Of a stretch of 44,707 nucleotides of DNA, positions 36,719 through 44,707 are shown in pieces. A program made the translations under genes and the position numbers. This DNA comes from Asterionella formosa (Eukaryota): assembly GCA_002256025.1 (NCBI GenBank), contig NKIB01014332.1, positions 1-44,707 of the forward strand. The letters are read 5' to 3'. Under the pieces are notes generated by a model. That model searched no databases and was not told the DNA's origin. It saw nothing but the letters and a program-made list of their open reading frames with translations. The first letter of the stretch is position 1. The number at the start of each line of letters is the position of its first letter.

Positions 36719-37302
36719 TTTCAATTATTCAATTATACAATCTTAAAAATATGATGATTTACTGTCCCGCTGCAGTAGCAGCAGTCATGAACATTTGGCG
36801 TTCTATTGCTTGCTTACTACTCTGACTACTCTCTTTCAATTTTACGATCATACGATCCTGAAACTATGATGATCTACTGTCCCGGTGCAGTAGCAACAGT
36901 CATGAACATATGGTGTTCTATTTCTCGCTTACTACTCCGACTATTCTTTTTCAATTTTATGATTATACAATCCTAAAAATATGATGATTTAATGTCCCGC
37001 TGCAGTAGCAGCAGTCATGAACCTATGGTGTTCTGTTGCTTGCTTACTACTCTGACTACTCTCTTTCAATTTTACGATCGTACAATCCTAAAACTGTGAT
37101 GATTTGCTGTCCCGCTGCAGTAGCAGCAGTCATAAACGTATGGTGTTCTATTGCTGGCTTACTACTCCGACTATTCTTTTTCAATTTTATGATCATGCAA
37201 TCCTAAAACTATGATGACCTACTGTCCCACTGCAGTAGCAACAGTCATGAACAGATGGTGTTCTGTTGCTCGCTTACTACCTGGTACTCTGACTACCTGG
37301 TA
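36719..37302. repeat. 115-bp tandem satellite, 5 copies
   Basis: TTTCAATT unit starts at 36719, 36834, 36949, 37064 and 37179; conserved core GTCCCGCTGCAGTAGCARCAGTCATGAAC. Confidence 0.95.
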
Positions 37303-38799
37303 CCCCCAGTATATCACTTCTTACCTGCTACTGGTACTCTGTATATACATGATAAAATGTTATTGTCATATGATGTACCGGTACACATGCAGAACTCCCA
37401 CCCAAAAAAGGGGTTTAAACAATTTGCTACCAAAATCCTTGCGTATAAATAATGATTCAAATGGGTTATGACTTAGTACACCAATAGAATGGTCTAAATA
37501 ATTAGTTCCAACGGACGTAGAAAATATTGATGCAAACAAATTTCAAAAAAACAGTACTGGTACACGAAGTTGTGGAAAAAAATGGACATATAGTGCATTG
37601 AATATTTTCGAATTATCTATATGCAAATATGATCATCTCAACAATACCACACGTTCAATATTGAGAGTGCCTTTGAGTTTTATAAATGTACGACACTTGA
37701 TATATTTATATATTTACAAATTTTATAACTTTATACATGGCGAATTCATTTGAAATCGTTCTGTCATGTTAACAAACAATGCCTACTTCATGAAAAGAAA
37801 AATCGTAGTAAAGCACATGACAAGGAAGGAAAGTTTACGCAATGACGAAAAAAATTGTGGCTTCGACACATTGCGCCTTCGAAGGATGGAGTATGTTTAA
37901 GGTAATGAAGCAATCAATGTGGTACTTGGATGACAAGAGTCAGGACAACAACAAATTGTAAACTAAAAGCACATTCCCTTTTTTCTCAGTTGATTCAATA
38001 GACCGTTTCGCTTGTTGGGAAGCACCAATGTAAGTGCTATTGTCATTGGACCTATTCACTTCTGATGGAACAGAATTGATGGACATGCCACGTTTACCTT
38101 CTCTCAAAGTTAAGCTCATGAGAATGATTTGGTAAGTTTTATTCGACAACATTGGAAACCTGACACTTCCTTATTCAAGAATTTACTGACAATTTACTAT
38201 TACAGACTTATGCATCACTTGCATTGATAACAAGTCGTTCCTTCTCATTGTTACTGTAACTGCATAGGACAATAAAACCGATCAAACGGAATAGCCGGCG
38301 AGTTCAGAATGACACTAACAGCAGGGAGAGAGACGCAACATTAGTAAGGCATTGCTTGGTACAAGATTCAGAATCGAGGAAGAAAAGGGCAAGACAGGAA
38401 CAATATACATTGAGCCGAGTAGAGAGAGAAACGTTGGGTTGCTGGCATGTAGATTAATGGTTAGCATTGCTAAATTTGACAGTTAAATTACGATCCATTT
38501 CAATCTATTTTGAACAATGCTTGTGATTAGAATTATGATCATGTTTACGATAGATTTACGATGAAACAATTTAAATTATAGCACAGAGTTGAGCTGATCT
38601 TAGGATGCATTGTAATAATAATTTACATCGGGCAATCACGAGAATTGAAAATAATATAAGAATGTTTATGATGATGATGAGTAATTTTGTTGATCAGTTG
38701 ATATACATTGTGTGATGATAATGTTCTTATTATCATTATACTTCAAGGTCGGTAAATATTAATAAATCATCATAGTTATAGGATACCTTGATCATAATT

Positions 38800-39900
38800 T
38801 TGATCCAGAAATTATCATATATACGAAAATCCTTTGCCACTTAGCGTACAATACCCTTGATCCTATATGCTTGATACTTTTCATTTGCAGACGAAATGTG
38901 ACCATGGATCCATGGTTTGTTGCAAGGTGCATGCTTAAGTTGGTAAAAATTCGAATGCTCTTGACCATGTTTGATTGCAAAAGACTGGTGTAACACTTGA
39001 TTGATTGTAGTTGCGCATCTCAGATGCTTGATAAAATTGTAGTTCGATATGAGCTCCCACACATCCAGCTTGATTGACATTTGCTTGTTGCGACGAAGCT
39101 TGTGATGATGGTGGGTTGTTGGAACTAAAAGAGGTAAGCAACCATACTCATGTCCAATGTAGTAGCCTGTGCCTGTGCATAGCTATGTAGACCTTTGTTG
39201 ATTGCCCATTCCTCATACTTGAGTTTCTTCTTCTCACATCATCATGGTGATTTGTGTCCCACTGTTCCACAGCAGTAAAGCCTTCCTGTGGTCAAAGAAT
39301 GATTAATCACCACTGTTGATGCCCTCTGAATTCTTGTTGATTGCAGGCAAACCACCGCGAAGTAGATTGGAACTTTTCAATTCAATTCCGGTATGAATGG
39401 TGGGACCCCATTGTTTCAACCATGCAGTTGCAACTTTCTTTTCCTTGTATGTGTTGATCCACTTGAAAATCATCAAATCGTGAAGGATTGGAACTAGCTG
39501 TATCCAGGGACTTCTTTTATATGCCTCGAAGTCTTCACCCATTATCTTCTTGTTTTTGTCGTATTTCTTGAACTTTCCTCTATGCTTCTTTACCCATGCA
39601 TTCCAGGCATGATAAGAGCACATACCAAATGTAAATTCGGCATTTGGCCAAATCGTCTTGACAGCCTTGCGACAAGCTAAAGTATAATCAGTCATCGTCT
39701 GTATGACAAAGTCTGGTGAGTCCGGTTCCCAGCACCAAGGAGTGTCGCCAAGGGGAAGAGGCAAATTGTCAGTGCGTGCTGGAGTGTCGCCTGCAGGTGA
39801 CAATGGCAGGATCGAAAAGTTAATGGGATCTACCCCTCTTTTCAGAAGAGGAAGCACTATCATCTGACGAACTATCTCCTGAACTCTGCAAGATGCTATC
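38800..39900 (-). pseudogene. MULE/Mutator transposase remnant
   Basis: MTDYTLACRKAVKTIWPNAEFTFGMCSYHA fits the MULE D...A...P....CxxH signature; GGLPAINKNSEGIN fits the downstream catalytic-E motif. Stops follow, and the first Asp region is not evident. Confidence 0.72.
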
Positions 39901-41339
39901 ATCCTCCTCAGAGGAGGATGAATTGTGAGATGAGTTGGAAGAACTAGACATTTCGTATTTGTTGAGAAACTTTTGACAAAAAGTAATTCATGGAAAAACA
40001 CGACAATTCCAAATATAATGCCAATATGATGTATGATGTGGTAAGTAGCTAGTAATGACAGACCTACAGGATTATACGTGATTTCCAACTGCTGGTACAA
40101 CACATCTATATAGTGATGCATATTATAAACCAGTATGATTGGCATACATACTACTGGTTATGTACTACCAGTACTTGCATGTGTGTTTGTACAGCTGCCT
40201 GTGGTATGGGGTTGATGAGGCAGTAACTCCATCTTGACCATGACGAAATTATGGGTTTGAATATCTTCACGAATATTGACAATGAGCAATTCTTATTTCG
40301 CAGATGTATGTAGACTAACATAGACGAGATTATCGTTGCATAATAAAAATTTTTGCACTAGTATTGACAACAAAAAGTTAAAATCGGCGCTGGAAGTTGT
40401 TCTGATTGTCATTTGCTCAGTTTTGAAGATATGACCAAAGTAGCGACAGTTTTGAGTCCGCGGTGATTAGTTTGATAACTTTGACTAGATACAGTTTTCT
40501 ATGTTTTGTAGAAATAGATGAGAAACCTGAGCGACTACAACATTTCAAGATGCAACAAATTCCTCTACGTCAATTTTGTAGTGACTTTCATGTACACACT
40601 AATTGTCGTGGTTCATATTTCTATGGAATCTTGTTAAGGTCATTTGACACATTACTATAGACATAATTTCAGCCATTCAACAATAGACTGCTTGTTCTTT
40701 ACGGGAATAAAAAGTTCGCATCGCGGAAATGGTCACGAACTCCCCTGACCGTGTTTTATGCATTTTCCAACACTTTATTGCAAAAAATGTTTTCTTTCTT
40801 CCATGTTGATGTGATCATTGGTTCTAATAACTTGAGCGCCGCTCGTCCTTTGTCGTTGCTTTAGTGAAACCCTGCATTTCATGATCAAATTAATCAAGTA
40901 CTCTGTAGTAGTTTTAAAGTCAGATGCCTGCTTTGCCGATCCAAGGTAATATAGTTGTAATCATTAATAGACGTCTTGTTGGTATGAGAAGCATTATCGG
41001 TCCCTCCTTTGGCATGAGCCTTCTTGATAAAACCTTCCTTTTCCACTCATTTTGCGCCTTCTGAGAATTCTTCAGACTCTGAATGGTCTGGTACGCTCAC
41101 GTCTTGTCTTTGGACTCTCCACGATACACATGATGTTGTTTCTTTCTTAGCTTTGGTACTTCCTGACCAGATAACTCTTTAAATCTGTTGAGATTGAGTC
41201 CCAAAGTCTTCTATTGCTTTTTATCCTGTAAGGATACATCAGGGACCAAATAAGCTGTAGAAATATTCAACGATGTGACAAAGATCGATTGAAATTTTTC
41301 TAAAAGATTTAAAAGAAATAAAAGAATTATGAGTTTTAA

Positions 41340-44300
41340 CAAGAGGCCGCCAGCCATATCCGTACCAGCCCACACCATTGTATTTGCTCCTGTGACACTA
41401 CACGAAATTCCCCCCCCCCCTCATGCTGGCGGAACAGGCTCTCAACATCTCTCCCCATCTCCTGCATACACGCATTCCTACCATGATGCAATTTTATGGG
41501 TTGTCTCATCCTCTGGAAACTTCAATCAAAGGCTGCACTACTAGTAGCCCTCTCAAATCAGGTTCTTAATGCATCTCCTATACCTTGAGTACATCACACA
41601 TTCTGACAGCAACCAAGCTATCTAGTTATTATTTTTTGCATGCTGCCGACTCCTCCACCTCTGTTTCCCCCGCACCTTTACCCCTATACTCAGATTCTGC
41701 TGATCCTGTCAGTTTTGCCTCTGCTCTCTCAGCATTCTGGCAGATGAATTATCCAAAGACCATGAGTATACCAGCATGTGGGAACTCTCCCTCCACTTCC
41801 TTTGTGATCTTGATAGTAACTATTCCTTTCCTATTAAATTACAGCTAAAAGCTGTTGAGTACCTGGCCCCTGATTCCACTGTTCCCCCTTCTCTCCGTAT
41901 CCCAAATTTGGCATTGGTCCTGGCGCATCTTCTTCCTCCTTCAGCACTCATATTGGCACTTTCACACCTCTTGCTTATCATATCACCACCCCTCATACTC
42001 CAACTCATACACCCCATCATGCCTCTCACCAGCCCTCATCAACCCCACCCCCTTCCCACTCCTTCTGTAAACGTGAGGACATCCAGTGTGTTACCTGTGG
42101 TACTACTTGGGGCCATTCTGCTTCTCGCTGTTGTTCCTCCCTTGCCAAACCTGCCCCTGCTCAGACATAAATTCTTGCAATCCCTCACATGCTGAGAATG
42201 CTGCCACTGCTTGCAGGACTCTTCATAGCATGAACCATCGTCAGGTCATCGCCCATCATCTTCAACACCCCATCCTGAAGAATCCTGACATGGCCTCCAT
42301 GGCTGTGGAGATATTTCTCTTTATGAAGCAAATTTTCTCTAGGCCGGTCATTCTCCCCTTCCATGAATTATGAACGGCTAAGGGTTTGCGGAAAGACTGT
42401 CAGAGAGAGCTATCCTCCTCCTAAAATATAGGACTCTGTCGTTGCCGCTTCCTCTTCCTCTGACACCTTCTTGTCAGTCCTTAAATCGCCTGTATACCCA
42501 TGCATTCACCATTCCTCATATTCCTACTGTTTCTTTTGACTGTTTTTCTTTTGTTGTTCCTCCATTTCTCACATATGCCGAAAATTCCAACACTCTTCTC
42601 CCCATTACTCATGTTGATCGGCTCGCTCTGTTGTGAACCAACAGGCCTTCACCAATGTGACCTAGGTGCTATAGTGTTTGTGCTACATCCACTTTATCAC
42701 TATTCCAGAACTATATACTACCCCTTTTTTGTTCCCGCCTTTGACCTTGTAGGTGCTGAGCGATGCATCTTCTCAGGGTAAACTCTGTCCCAGTTATGGT
42801 TACTACCCACTCCATTTTTCTGATGGTTCTACCAGCACTCCTGTCCTCATGTACTGCTACTGCCCTCAGTTGTCTGAGACTCTTCAGCTTCACTTTTGAT
42901 GAAGCACATGTCACCTCGCTCTTCCAAACGCCCTCCTGGGCCTTAATCTCTCTTTGACCTTGATCTCCACCAACCTCCTATCCTGGAGCCCCATAATGAG
43001 CCATTGTCCACAAACATTCCTGCTGTTGCCCCGCCTGAACCACCGCCCTTTTCTATGTTTGCAACTATGATTCCTACACTCGTCCTTAAATGTCCTTTTC
43101 CCCTACCCTTTGCTTGGTGAAAACTTCACACCTCCTCCAACTTCCAATGCTTTCATTCTTCCTTCTTCTGGTGATCATCCTACAACCAATGCTGCCACTG
43201 CTGCCATTTCTGCTCCAACCAGAAGTGATGTCAATTGAATTGTCTGGGAATCCTTTTGGCCCTAAGTTTGTTGAATCTATTCCAATCACAAGGACATATG
43301 ATCTCATTCATGGACGCCTTTGCTCGTTATCCTGCACCCCTTGTACACCTGCTGACTGCATCAGTTACTGGCACTCTTGTCTTCGCTTTGCTTATATCTT
43401 ATCTGTTAATCATGTTCCCATTTCCACCATTACTGGTGATCTGGTCTTTTCCATTGCTCATGCGTGTACTACTTCTCCCCATACCTCGCTACACATGCAA
43501 CATCTCTTTTACCTTTGATGACATCCACAACACTCTTTCAGCTCAGGGTCTACCTCAATTATTTTTTAACCAACTTCAAGATACACCTCAAAGTCAACAA
43601 AGCTTGCACACAGGGTTCCCTAAAGCCAGTCGTTTCCCCAACTCGAAAAGGCCTTCAAACCCAACCTGGCTGACTGAATGGAATGCCTTGCTGCTGAGAT
43701 CCACCAATTTGATCAATATGCACAGCAGGATATGTTTGGTGATCCTTGCCCTCCTCCTGCTTCCATCTTTTATTGGGTACTATGGATATACAAAATCAAG
43801 GAAGAAGAAGAAAACAGAAAAAAGGCTGGAGCTTTTTGTGATGGTTCTACTCATGTGGAACAAGCTCAAGTTCATGGTCCCACATATGCACCTACCCCTG
43901 TCTGACCTGAGGGATATGCGTCGCTACTTTGCACTTGCTGGCTGCTCTTGAGAATTAATTGGTCTTTGGTGCTAATTTTTCCTCCAATACCTTTGCTGAA
44001 GCCACAGCCCCTGAACAAGTTGTATCACATGTGTGTTGATACCCAATAAGGTCTTCCACCCATTCCAGTCAGTTATGTCATTCCTATATGAAAGAACTTA
44101 CAAGGTCACACTGAAGCTCCTTGACAACAATGGTCCCACCAAATCAAAACCATCTTGCAGGAATACAATTTATCCCCACTGTTCATGCTCCTTGCCTCTA
44201 GCTACCGTGCTATAATCTCCAATGAAAATGTACTTTTCCTTCGACACCAAGTCAATTACTTTGCCATTGCAACCAATGACTTCTTGCTTCTTTATACCCA

Positions 44301-44707
44301 CATCTGTGATGCCCTTCAGAGCAAACTCCTTGTTCCTATGAAACATGAGGGCTAACTCACTCATTGGAACGGTATTGATGTCATTCAAGCTAGCAATTTC
44401 ATCACTATCCAATGTGGTACATACATCCGCAACTCCTCCACAATAATGCTTGGATGGACATGGAAGGATCCAAACTTCCCATGCCTGCTGACAATGACCA
44501 CATCAAAGCCCTTGACAGCATCTTGTTTCCTCCTACTACCTCAGAGGGTGAACATCTGGCACTGGAAACTAGTTATTTTCGATATTGGGGGGCCATTGGT
44601 GAACTTATATGGGCCATGATTACCTGTTGTCCTGAACTCAGTTTTCCTCTTGTTAAATTGAGTCAATTCTCCACCCAGCACCATGTTGCCCTTCACAATC
44701 CAGCAGT
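41340..44707 (+). mobile_element. Decayed Ty1/Copia pol (reverse transcriptase clear; upstream part presumed integrase region), continues beyond the window
   Basis: FDQYAQQDMFGDP, WIYKIK..RKKAGAFCDGS, KNLQGHTEAP, VLFLRHQVNYFAIA (decayed QVDD) and GAIGELIWAMITCCPELSFPLVKLSQFS; many stops and frameshifts. Left boundary approximate. Confidence 0.85.

Noticed and set aside
36719..37302. CRISPR array
   Set aside because: Whole 115-bp units repeat without unique spacers; eukaryotic context and no cas genes.

Overview
Eukaryotic nuclear DNA, most likely from a diatom. Evidence: short GT-AG introns, a diatom-type cyclin, bipartite plastid-targeting leaders and diatom-type Copia remnants. Nine host genes are supported: ARP6 (partial, missing from the ORF track), cyanase with a mitochondrial-type leader, cytochrome c peroxidase, a DUF2358-like plastid protein, an ASCC3/Slh1 helicase, a cyclin, SLY1, a NodU/CmcH-family carbamoyltransferase and mitochondrial uS15. 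The rest is largely transposon-derived: a split Copia LTR element (3.6-8.3 kb), a decayed Kolobok-like DNA transposon with KolX and DDE ORFs (10.6-14.4 kb), a MULE remnant, a 115-bp satellite and a long Copia pol remnant at the right end. Most notable: (1) intergenic DNA is peppered with chained TA-CC(W)GG-TA palindromes that look like excision footprints of one TA-targeting transposon, and two are caught as insertions in one satellite copy; (2) the predicted plastid carbamoyltransferase ends in a PqqD/RRE-like domain; (3) a tRNA-headed SINE candidate has a 12-bp target-site duplication. All calls come from manual reading and translation; no searches were run.
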